DNA of 64,000 nt from positions 18,571 through 82,570 of the forward strand of contig JAHDXH010000001.1 in NCBI GenBank assembly GCA_023382875.1, written 5' to 3'. The notes below the pieces were generated by a model. That model made no database searches. It was not told where the DNA came from and saw nothing but the letters and a program-made list of their open reading frames with translations. This DNA is from Patescibacteria group bacterium. Its GTDB lineage: Bacteria > Patescibacteriota > Microgenomatia > UBA1400 > PJMF01. The translations under genes were made by a program, and so were the position numbers. This document shows, piece by piece, positions 1-8,061 of this stretch. How positions within the stretch are numbered: position 1 is the stretch's first letter; each line of letters opens with the position of its first letter.

Positions 1-1
1 A

Positions 2-289
2 GGTCAGAGGAAAAAGTACGATATTGAAACTTGGTTCCCTGCTCAGAAGAAATACCGTGAAACTCACTCAGCTAGTTACTTTAACGATTTCCAAGCTCGT
101 CGTTTGAACATTCGCTATCAAGCCAAAGATGGTTCACTGAAATATGTTTATACTTTGAACAATACGATGGCTGCGTCGCCTCGTCTCTTGGCGGCAATAG
201 TTGAAAACTACCAAACCGCTGAGGGCAACATTCGTATCCCAGAGGTTTTGCAACCTTACATGGGTAAAGAGGAAATTTCAGTCAAATAA
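2..289 (+). CDS. serS: seryl-tRNA synthetase, C-terminal fragment. The gene starts upstream of the window. The track ORF 104..289 is only its last Met onward.
   Basis: Translation from position 2 reads GQRKKYDIETWFPAQKKYRETHSASYFNDFQARRLNIRYQ...RLLAAIVENYQ, the conserved class II SerRS C-terminus (motif 3 region). Confidence 0.85.
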   Translation, partial: GQRKKYDIETWFPAQKKYRETHSASYFNDFQARRLNIRYQAKDGSLKYVYTLNNTMAASPRLLAAIVENYQTAEGNIRIPEVLQPYMGKEEISVK

Positions 290-305
290 ATGGTAGACTA
301 AGTTA

Positions 306-1844
306 ATGAAAAACTTTGTCTTGAAGCGCTGGTTGAGTCTAGGTATGGTTCTAGTGGGTGTTTTCTATCTAGTGACTCATGTTTTTAACTTAGTGGCTTT
401 GCCAGTTTTTGCTGACGAATCTATTTATATTCGTTGGGCACAGTTGATTATTGATGAACCAAAGCGTTATGCGATGTTTGCGCTTAACGATGGCAAGACT
501 CCCCTCTTTATTTGGTCGATGCTGCCGTTCCAGTATTTATTTTCTGATCAACTTTTTGCCGGTCGGTTGGTGGCGGTGCTAGTGGGATTGGCACAAGTTT
601 ATGTAATAGGTTGGTTAGTGGCTTTATTGGGAGGACGAAAAAAGACTCAGTATTTGGCCATGCTTTTGACTTGTATTTTGCCATTTTGGTTTTTCCATCA
701 TCGAATGGCTTTGATGGATGGCATGATGACTTTGTGGTTGAGTATCGCTCTTGGCGGCGCAATTAAAGTGGCCAAAGCCAAAGACACTAAAGAAGCATGG
801 TGGTCGGTGGATTTGGTGGGCTTAGGTTTTGGTTTAGCGATGTTAACCAAAATTCCAGCGATCTTGTTTTTACCGGTTTTAGGCTTAGTTGGATTCTTGC
901 CAGAAAAAGCGACTTTTAAAAGTTGGTTTGGCTCATCTTTTAAAATTGGTGTGGGTGTTTTAATCGGTTTGGTAATGTTTTTGGCTTTAAAATTGAGCCC
1001 TGCTTTTGGTCAGCTCTTTAGTCGGGGTGGAGATTTCCTTTTCCCTTTGTCAGAGATTTTGGCTGGGGCTTGGAAGCAAACGATTATTAGTTTTCCTAAC
1101 TATTTCAATTACTTTGTGTACTATCTGAGTTTGCCAGCTGTCATTTTGGTTTTAGCTAGTCTTTTTTCACCTAGGGGAAAAAGGGTTCATCACTGGTTGT
1201 TTTGGTCAGGGCTGATCTTTTTGTTGCCCATTATGGTGATGGGTAAGGTAGTTTACCCTCGCTATCTATTGGCAGCATCATTATTCTTCACCCTGTCTTT
1301 GGCTTTGGCTTTTGAAAATTTTTATGCCTTTTCTTTAAAGCAAAAAAACAATTTTAAAAAATTTTTCATTCAACTGCTGTTGGTTTTGTTACTTGGAAAC
1401 ATAGTTGCAGCCAGTGGGGTGAATATGGCGATGTCTTGGTTTAGTCCAGAAAAAATTACTTTTGTTAATGCTGATAAAGTTCAATATTTGCATGAGTGGT
1501 CGTCCGGCCATGGTATTAAAGAAGCTTATGAGCTAATTACCAATATGGCGAAAACTGAAAAAATTGCTGTGGCAACTGAGGGCTATTTTGGAACTTTGCC
1601 TGATGCTCTACTGATGTACTTCCATGGTCGTGATGTAACTAACTTATATATTGAAGGCATTGGTCAGCCTGTTAGTACGATCTCAGCAAGCTTTATGGAG
1701 AGGGCAAAAGATTTTGACCGTGTTTTGTTAGTTGTTAATTCACACCGTCAAAAATTACCGACAACAGTGAAAAAGAATTTACTGCTTGAAGTTTGTAGGC
1801 CTGACAACGCCCCTTGTTTGCAAGTTTGGGAGTTATTAGATTAA
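306..1844 (+). CDS. GT-C fold glycosyltransferase, family 39/83-like (ArnT or protein O-mannosyltransferase type)
   Basis: 512 aa with about 12 predicted TM helices. N-terminal loop motif FADESIYIRWAQ matches the DE motif of PMT/ArnT-type transferases. Confidence 0.65.
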   Translation: MKNFVLKRWLSLGMVLVGVFYLVTHVFNLVALPVFADESIYIRWAQLIIDEPKRYAMFALNDGKTPLFIWSMLPFQYLFSDQLFAGRLVAVLVGLAQVYVIGWLVALLGGRKKTQYLAMLLTCILPFWFFHHRMALMDGMMTLWLSIALGGAIKVAKAKDTKEAWWSVDLVGLGFGLAMLTKIPAILFLPVLGLVGFLPEKATFKSWFGSSFKIGVGVLIGLVMFLALKLSPAFGQLFSRGGDFLFPLSEILAGAWKQTIISFPNYFNYFVYYLSLPAVILVLASLFSPRGKRVHHWLFWSGLIFLLPIMVMGKVVYPRYLLAASLFFTLSLALAFENFYAFSLKQKNNFKKFFIQLLLVLLLGNIVAASGVNMAMSWFSPEKITFVNADKVQYLHEWSSGHGIKEAYELITNMAKTEKIAVATEGYFGTLPDALLMYFHGRDVTNLYIEGIGQPVSTISASFMERAKDFDRVLLVVNSHRQKLPTTVKKNLLLEVCRPDNAPCLQVWELLD

Positions 1845-1858
1845 TCAATCAATCTAAT

Positions 1859-1887
1859 TTGACAGTTTGTTTTCCTGTGGATATAAT
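1859..1887 (+). promoter_or_regulatory. consensus sigma70 promoter TTGACA-17-TATAAT, followed by a palindrome AATTTCGT-actc-ACGAAATT (1895..1914) just before the kinase start
   Basis: TTGACA at 1859-1864, exact 17-nt spacer, TATAAT at 1882-1887. A perfect 8-bp-arm inverted repeat lies between the -10 and the GTG/ATG start at 1917/1920. Confidence 0.55.
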
Positions 1888-1916
1888 CCCCTTCAATTTC
1901 GTACTCACGAAATTTT

Positions 1917-2678
1917 GTGATGTCGACTTGGAATTCAGTTTTTAATCTAGCTTTGCCCAAATTGTTGGCCAGTTATTTGGCCAAAGGTTTTTCACCTGTA
2001 AAATTTGACTCCCGCCTCCATGGTGGGAGTTTTTTCTCACACTCAATTAAGTCTCCCATTACTACATTACAAGTTTGTTTATCTGAATTAGAGCAAATTA
2101 CAAACTCTAGTCAAAAATTAGGTGGCGATCCAGTTTTACAAAAATATTTGTCTAGTGCTTATCTAGCAACTAAACAAATTAGTTCTTTGGTGGATGGTGC
2201 AACCTCTAGTGATCCTTATCAAAAAGTTCATGCGATTAACGTTGAAGAGTTTTTTAATCAATTGCAAACTTTGTTTGGTCATCATCACAAAAGATCGAAG
2301 ATAGTTTTATCGGTTAATTTAGTTTCCGGTAAAGAAACTATTAAAATGAATAAATATTTTTTCTTTGAATTGATGCAGTGTTTAATTAATAATGCTTTGG
2401 AATCATATAAAAAAAATGACAAACAAAAATTGGTTTTTGTAACTGTTGTTTGCAAAAATAAAAAATTAGAAATTCAAGTCCAAGACTTTGGTGAAGGGGC
2501 AACTTACTTAACTACTAGATTAATGTTGAATAAAGGTTTTACAACAAAAGATAAAGGTCATGGTTTTGGTTTGTGGTTTGTCAAAGATGTCTTAGAAACT
2601 GGTGCCAAAAGTAAGTTGAAAGTTTTATCTGAAAAAGGCTATGGCACTACAATTAGATTCAGTTTGCCGCTGTCTTAA
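1917..2678 (+). CDS. short cytoplasmic sensor histidine kinase (DHp + HATPase_c, no TM or sensor domain)
   Basis: H-box FSHSIKSPITTLQ. G-boxes DKGHGFGLWFVKDVLE and YGTTIRFSLP. 253 aa with no hydrophobic segments. Confidence 0.7.
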   Translation: MMSTWNSVFNLALPKLLASYLAKGFSPVKFDSRLHGGSFFSHSIKSPITTLQVCLSELEQITNSSQKLGGDPVLQKYLSSAYLATKQISSLVDGATSSDPYQKVHAINVEEFFNQLQTLFGHHHKRSKIVLSVNLVSGKETIKMNKYFFFELMQCLINNALESYKKNDKQKLVFVTVVCKNKKLEIQVQDFGEGATYLTTRLMLNKGFTTKDKGHGFGLWFVKDVLETGAKSKLKVLSEKGYGTTIRFSLPLS

Positions 2679-3336
2679 ACTGATAGCCAAACCCTCTGAT
2701 CGTTGTTAACCTTTCTTGATATTTTCCCAAGTGTTGACGAACCCTTTTTATATAAACATCTAGTGCGGTTCGTGTGGGTGTTTCTTCTTTGCAACCCCAT
2801 AGCCAATTTTCCAGTTGTGCTCTTGTTACTACTTGATCATGGTGTGCGACTAAACATTGTAAAACTTGAATCTCTTTTTTTCTTAATTTTTTGGCTTGTT
2901 GATCAATCTCTAACAAGCTTTCATTGGGATAAATTTTGATTGAGTCGATGACTAAGATTTGTCTTTGGTGATGTTTGGTTTTGTTAGTTAGAGATTCGAT
3001 GCGAAGCTTCAGTTCTTGCGAAGAAAATGGTTTGGCTAAGTAATCATCGGCGCCCTTGCTTAAACCCTCTACCCTGCTGATGGTTTCTGACTTTTGTGAA
3101 AGAATCAAAACTTTGGTTTTGAATGAGGTTTCTTTTAAATATTCGGCAATTTCTAAGCCATCACCATCTGGTAAAACTCGATCAATAATAGCGAGATCTG
3201 GCTGATGAGATTTTAAATAATCGTATGCAGAATTAATGCGTCTACAAATTTTAGTCGTCATGCCACAGTTGTCTAAAAGTTGGCCAATGGTTTGCGCCAA
3301 AGTTAAATCGTCTTCTATGATTAGAATTTCTGACAT
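2659..3336 (-). CDS. OmpR/PhoB-family response regulator. The start is likely ATG at 3336 (MSEILIIEDD). The track ORF extends to 3393.
   Basis: Receiver motifs (IIEDD, phospho-acceptor D in LAIIDRVLPDGDG, KPF). C-terminal winged helix TIRGFGYQF. The 3' end overlaps the convergent kinase gene by 20 bp. Confidence 0.8.
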   Translation of the reverse strand: MSEILIIEDDLTLAQTIGQLLDNCGMTTKICRRINSAYDYLKSHQPDLAIIDRVLPDGDGLEIAEYLKETSFKTKVLILSQKSETISRVEGLSKGADDYLAKPFSSQELKLRIESLTNKTKHHQRQILVIDSIKIYPNESLLEIDQQAKKLRKKEIQVLQCLVAHHDQVVTRAQLENWLWGCKEETPTRTALDVYIKRVRQHLGKYQERLTTIRGFGYQFKTAAN

Positions 3337-3449
3337 ATAAAATCGCTTCGATCCTAAGGGACCGTAAATTATTTTCAAGTGCCGGTGTGGCAATAATTGG
3401 CGATTTTAAAAAAACAATCTTAAATTAATCTTTCGTTTATAATGCAAGT

Positions 3450-4130
3450 ATGGCAAAAAATACATTTGAAACTCAAGAACATCATGTTAACGTGACGAAA
3501 AGCAAAGAGTACGTGTCTGAAATATTTGTAGAAGCACTCCGTAATTTTGCTGAGAGATTTGGCGAACCAAAAGTTGTTTATTATCCGAGTTCTAGCACAG
3601 ATGTTACTCCGGCTGTTGCTTTTCCTAATGCTCGAATTATTTTTCTTGACATTGATCAAGATGCGATAAATAAGCTTAAAGAAAGTGGAAAGGAAGCGGT
3701 TGAGGCTTCAGCAATAACATATGTTCCAGATGTAAAGGTAGATTTATTGATTCTATTCAACCCAGCAATTGACGCCAAGCTTCCAGCCAGGCACGTAAAA
3801 CTAGGTGGTTTTGTTTTTTGTAATAATTGGCATGCAAGTGCTAAGCAGTTGGCAGAAAATGATGAATTTGAATTAGTCGGAATAGCCATAAATGAAAAAA
3901 ATTCAAAAATAACTTTTGTCACCGGTGAGGAATCACTAGATATTTGGTCTAGTGGTATTGCAGATGTGAATGTTGATAGTGGGTTTATTTTTCAAAGAAT
4001 TAAAGAAAGTCCTCAGTCTAATGAGGAAGCAATTAAAGAATATGAAGATTTAGTTGCAGAACGGGCTAGACAAACTGATGAGCTAATGAGTCGCTACAAA
4101 GAGGTTTCAATCAGTATTGACGATATTTAA
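3450..4130 (+). CDS. hypothetical protein (226 aa, soluble)
   Basis: Clean ORF with a TATAAT-like -10 at 3436-3442. No motif I can name. Confidence 0.4.
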   Translation: MAKNTFETQEHHVNVTKSKEYVSEIFVEALRNFAERFGEPKVVYYPSSSTDVTPAVAFPNARIIFLDIDQDAINKLKESGKEAVEASAITYVPDVKVDLLILFNPAIDAKLPARHVKLGGFVFCNNWHASAKQLAENDEFELVGIAINEKNSKITFVTGEESLDIWSSGIADVNVDSGFIFQRIKESPQSNEEAIKEYEDLVAERARQTDELMSRYKEVSISIDDI

Positions 4131-4162
4131 ACAAGCTTGTGTGATGATGTTATCATGTAGCT

Positions 4163-5332
4163 ATGAGTGATAGTGATAAAGTAAATAATCCACGATTTTT
4201 GATAGTCCAAGTGATTGATAAGCGCGCCGATGAAGTTGCTGTTGCTAATGATTTGTCAGAGACAGAGCAGTTAATTGACACTTTTGGTGGCATAGTAATT
4301 GATAAATTTATTCAGCGACGCGAACACCCTGATCCAAATTTTTACATTGGCGCTGGAAAAGTTGATGAGCTAAAAGAGGTTTGCAAGGCAGAAAAAATAG
4401 ACGTAGTTGTCATTAATGGCCAAGTCAAAAGTAGTCAGCTGTTTCGTATCGAAAAGGAGTTATGGGCAGTCTCAACTAAGATTATGGTTTGGGATCGAAT
4501 TGACTTAATCCTCAATATTTTTGATCAACATGCTTCAACGACAGAATCTAAGCTGCAGATTAAGCTTGCCCGCGCTACGCACATGGGTCCTAGGATTTAT
4601 GGTTTAGGTAAAACTGAGCTCTCTCGTCAAGGTGGTGGTGTTGGTACGCGCGGCAAAGGTGAAACCAACATTGAGTTTGAGCGTCGCCAAATCAAAATTG
4701 ATCAGCAAAAAATCAAGCAAGAACTCAAAAAATTATTAAAGCAAAAACATTCCCGACTCAAAAAAAGAAATGAATTGGGCATTGGTCCCGTGGCATTGGT
4801 TGGTTATACCAGCGCCGGTAAAACGACTTTATTTAATGCTTTGACCGGCAAGGAAAAAGAAATGAATAAGGGTTTGTTTACAACTTTGGATACCGTGGTA
4901 GGAAAGTTAAAAACTCCTGTTTTTGATCAGCCGATTTTGGTTTCTGACACAATTGGTTTTATTAATAATTTACCTCCAGTGTTGATCGATTCATTTAAGT
5001 CTACTTTGCTTGAATCACTAGAAGCTAAGCTACTTTTGCATGTGGTGGATGCTAACGATCCATTTATTTTGGAAAAAATTGCAGTTGTTGAGGATATTCT
5101 AAGTGGTTTGGGAGCGAGACAGCCGATGATTTTAGTTTTAAATAAAGTTGATTTACTCGATGAGGCAAAGCAAGATTCTTTAAAAGAGCAAGTGAACGAA
5201 TTTTTTGAAAAAAATAATGAAGAAGCTGATAAAAGTAATTTGAGATCAATTCAATTTGTCTCGGCAAAATCTGGATTTAATCTTGATGGACTTAAGGAAG
5301 AAATCGTAGGATTTTTTGAGGAGAAGAGATAA
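4163..5332 (+). CDS. hflX: GTPase HflX
   Basis: HflX N-domain followed by G-domain with G1 GYTSAGKTTLFNALTG, G3 DTIGF and G4 NKVD. 389 aa. Confidence 0.85.
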   Translation: MSDSDKVNNPRFLIVQVIDKRADEVAVANDLSETEQLIDTFGGIVIDKFIQRREHPDPNFYIGAGKVDELKEVCKAEKIDVVVINGQVKSSQLFRIEKELWAVSTKIMVWDRIDLILNIFDQHASTTESKLQIKLARATHMGPRIYGLGKTELSRQGGGVGTRGKGETNIEFERRQIKIDQQKIKQELKKLLKQKHSRLKKRNELGIGPVALVGYTSAGKTTLFNALTGKEKEMNKGLFTTLDTVVGKLKTPVFDQPILVSDTIGFINNLPPVLIDSFKSTLLESLEAKLLLHVVDANDPFILEKIAVVEDILSGLGARQPMILVLNKVDLLDEAKQDSLKEQVNEFFEKNNEEADKSNLRSIQFVSAKSGFNLDGLKEEIVGFFEEKR

Positions 5333-5337
5333 AGTGT

Positions 5338-5410
5338 TGATCCCGTGTCAGGATTCGAACCTAAGATAACTGATTCAGAGTCAGTTGTGATGCCACTTCA
5401 CTACACGGGA
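5338..5410 (-). tRNA. tRNA-Gln (anticodon CUG)
   Basis: Minus-strand read TCCCGTG-TA-GTGA-AGTGGCA-TCAC-A-ACTGA-CTCTGAA-TCAGT-TATC-TTAGGTTCGAATCCTGA-CACGGGA-T. Cloverleaf with 7-bp acceptor (U1-A72, as in bacterial tRNA-Gln), anticodon loop CT-CTG-AA and T-loop GGTTCGAATCC. CCA is not encoded. Confidence 0.7.
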
Positions 5411-5503
5411 GCGTTTCAAAGAAAATCCTTTGCTGACCTCAAGGCGTAATTATATACTCTACTGCTCCAATTTCCAAAATTAGTTTTTGCTATACTAAGC
5501 TAT

Positions 5504-5941
5504 ATGAAAAAATCCCCCTCCACCAGTAAGTCATCAGAAATGTCAGGTAAAAGAAATTTAGTCATGAGAGTTTACCTTTATATTTTCATGGGTATTGGTC
5601 TGGTGATGGTTTCAATTGGCGCTTTTGGTTTGGGTCAAAACATTTATAAATCAGCCCTCTTTCCTCGATACCCACTCGAATCATATAACGAAACCCGTTG
5701 TGACTATTTAGAAAATGGACCCTACCCAACTGACCCAGTCATGATGGGTAAAAATGATGCTGACACCAAAATGTTGATTGAACAAAACAAACAGCAAGCA
5801 GAAAAATGCCGTGCTTCTTTGGAAGAGGAACGAAAAATTAAAAAAGTGACTGATTTTTATAATTCATTAATTTTATTGGGAATTGGTTCAGTGTTGTTTG
5901 TCGGCCATTTGCTGGTCAACGTCAAAACTAATAATCGATGA
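5504..5941 (+). CDS. hypothetical membrane protein (2 TM flanking a soluble loop)
   Basis: 145 aa. Hydrophobic segments near residues 20-45 and 120-140. Stop overlaps the next start (ATGA at 5938). Confidence 0.45.
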   Translation: MKKSPSTSKSSEMSGKRNLVMRVYLYIFMGIGLVMVSIGAFGLGQNIYKSALFPRYPLESYNETRCDYLENGPYPTDPVMMGKNDADTKMLIEQNKQQAEKCRASLEEERKIKKVTDFYNSLILLGIGSVLFVGHLLVNVKTNNR

Positions 5942-6654
5942 AACATTTTGTTAATCAAGACACATATTTAACAGAGTTTAACGTTCATAAGAAGTACGCA
6001 GCGTCGGAATTGATTTTAGATTTAGTTTGGACACATTGTAATATTATTGCCGATGTCGCGATCAATTTATATCAAAAAAATAATTTAGATCCTAATGTTT
6101 ATAACCTTGGAGTAGTTGTGCAAGCGGCCTTGCTTCACGATATTGGAGTGTACGTCTGTGATGGCTATGAATTTTTGACTGATCAACCTTCATTTAATAA
6201 GCCATATGTTCAGCATACTTTAGCTGGCGCTATGATCTTGCAAAAAGAAGGCTTTAGTTCTGACGTAGTTCAATCTGCTAATGTTCATGCTGGCGTTGGT
6301 TTGACGAGTGATGATATTCATAAATTTGGTTTACAACTTCCTGATGGCGACTACGTGCCCACTACCCCTGTGCAAAGATTTATTACTTACTGTGCCAAGT
6401 TCCACTCCAAAGCACCAAAGTTTAAAACTGTTGAAGATATTCGTGAGGGTTTAGGAAAATATGGCAAGGAAAAACAAGAAGCCTTCGATGCCTTGGTAGC
6501 AGAGTATGGTTCACCTGATTTAGACGACATTAAAGAAAAATATAATTCTTGGCACCAAGGTTTTGCTTATGAAGTGGCAAAAGCTACTAATGTTGGCAAT
6601 CTCCATGAAGCTGGACCAGAGCTTAATTCGGCAGGAATCGCAGTGACCAAATAA
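5938..6654 (+). CDS. HD-domain metal-dependent phosphohydrolase
   Basis: HD motif LLHDIGVYV plus downstream His residues (HTLAGAM, NVHAGVG, KFHSKA). Translationally coupled to the upstream ORF. Confidence 0.6.
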   Translation: MKHFVNQDTYLTEFNVHKKYAASELILDLVWTHCNIIADVAINLYQKNNLDPNVYNLGVVVQAALLHDIGVYVCDGYEFLTDQPSFNKPYVQHTLAGAMILQKEGFSSDVVQSANVHAGVGLTSDDIHKFGLQLPDGDYVPTTPVQRFITYCAKFHSKAPKFKTVEDIREGLGKYGKEKQEAFDALVAEYGSPDLDDIKEKYNSWHQGFAYEVAKATNVGNLHEAGPELNSAGIAVTK

Positions 6655-6681
6655 ATTGCTTTCTTCATAATTGGAAAATTA

Positions 6682-8061
6682 TCACTCAAACATTTTTTTG
6701 GTGCGCATTAGCTTGTGTTGCTTTTGTGCAAAACGATGAGCTTCATCGCGTACTTGTCTAAGTAGGTTTAATGAGGGATGTTTGTCATCTAGCTTGAGGA
6801 TTTTCCAATCAATTTGCAATCGACCATTTTTTCCTTTGGTTACATTAATTGGCAAAACCAAGCGATCAGGATTTTTTTCTAAGCCAATTACTGGCAAGCC
6901 CCATTGCCAAACAGATAATACCGATCTGACTTGTCCTCTACCTCCGTCAATCATGACCAAACTCGGCTTACCCCATTCTGGGTGTTTTTGGCGTCTGGTC
7001 AAAGCTTCAGCTAACATTGCGAAGTCATTGGGAGTGTTGAGGCTTTTAATATTGAAAAGGCGATATTCATCGGTATCAGATTGTGCGTCAACAAAAGTCA
7101 CCATGGAAACAGCGGGGTTGGTGCCTTGAATATTACTGACGTCATAGCCTTCAATTCTAGTCATGGGCCAAGTTTTTGGCACACCCATATAATCTTGGAG
7201 AATTTTAGCTAGTCTGACTGCGCCTTCTAAATTTTGACTCAGTTGTAATTGGGGTAAAACTAAATCTGGTGAAAGGCGTTTTTTGGTGACATCGTCAATT
7301 AAATCAATTTGCTCTTTGAAAATTTGGGCTTTTTCAAATTCTTCATTTTGCGCTGCTGCGAGCATTTCTTTTTCCAAATTTATAACCACCTGTTTCTTCT
7401 TGCCGCGCAAAAATAAAATTAAATTTTTCAAATTAACTTGATAGTCTTCCTTAGAAATTTCGCCAACACAAGCTCCTGAGCACAAATCAATATGTCGATA
7501 AAAACAGGCTCGACCGCCATCGGGATTTTGACACCACTTGAAAATTTTTCTGACAATTTTCAAAACTTCTTTGGTTTTGAAAGCTGAAGGAAATGGTCCT
7601 AAAACTGTACCCTTGGGATTTTTTTTGACGACTTCTTTTTTGCGCAAAGTTAAAACGCGGGGAAATTCTTCATCGGTGATATGAATATAAAGTGGAGTTT
7701 TGTCATCTTTGAGTAAGATGTTGAATTTGGGCTGATGAGTGCGGATAAGCTCTGCTTCAACGAGCAACGCTTCTAGTTCACTTTCCAAAACTTGAAACTT
7801 TAAGGTCGCGGCACTAGTTACCAATTGTTTGATACGACTATTATGTCTACCAACTTGGGTATAAGAATGAACGCGGTTACGAAGTTTTTTGGCTTTACCG
7901 ACGTACAGGACGTCGCCGTCTTTGGACAAAAACCAGTAAACTCCCGGCAAGTAGGGCAACTGTGACCAATCCGGCTCCCAAGCCAAGCGCGACGACAGGG
8001 TTTTCGAGTCTGCTGAGCTCGTTGGGGACAACGGTGATGGCGACAGTGGTTGTTTGGTCAT
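6682..8061 (-). CDS. uvrC: excinuclease ABC subunit C, short form lacking the C-terminal (HhH)2 domain
   Basis: GIY-YIG motif YLPGVYWFLSKDGDVLYVGKAKKLRNRVHSY. Cys-rich CFYRHIDLCSGACVG. UvrB-interaction region. RNaseH-like domain start RIEGYDVSNIQG. Only 459 aa. The annotated ATG overlaps the upstream gene by about 166 bp. Confidence 0.75.
   Translation of the reverse strand: MTKQPLSPSPLSPTSSADSKTLSSRLAWEPDWSQLPYLPGVYWFLSKDGDVLYVGKAKKLRNRVHSYTQVGRHNSRIKQLVTSAATLKFQVLESELEALLVEAELIRTHQPKFNILLKDDKTPLYIHITDEEFPRVLTLRKKEVVKKNPKGTVLGPFPSAFKTKEVLKIVRKIFKWCQNPDGGRACFYRHIDLCSGACVGEISKEDYQVNLKNLILFLRGKKKQVVINLEKEMLAAAQNEEFEKAQIFKEQIDLIDDVTKKRLSPDLVLPQLQLSQNLEGAVRLAKILQDYMGVPKTWPMTRIEGYDVSNIQGTNPAVSMVTFVDAQSDTDEYRLFNIKSLNTPNDFAMLAEALTRRQKHPEWGKPSLVMIDGGRGQVRSVLSVWQWGLPVIGLEKNPDRLVLPINVTKGKNGRLQIDWKILKLDDKHPSLNLLRQVRDEAHRFAQKQHKLMRTKKMFE

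Noticed and set aside
104-289. Track ORF 104-289 as a separate 61-aa gene
   Set aside because: The frame is open back to position 2 and reads as the C-terminus of seryl-tRNA synthetase. It is the tail of a gene that begins upstream of the window.
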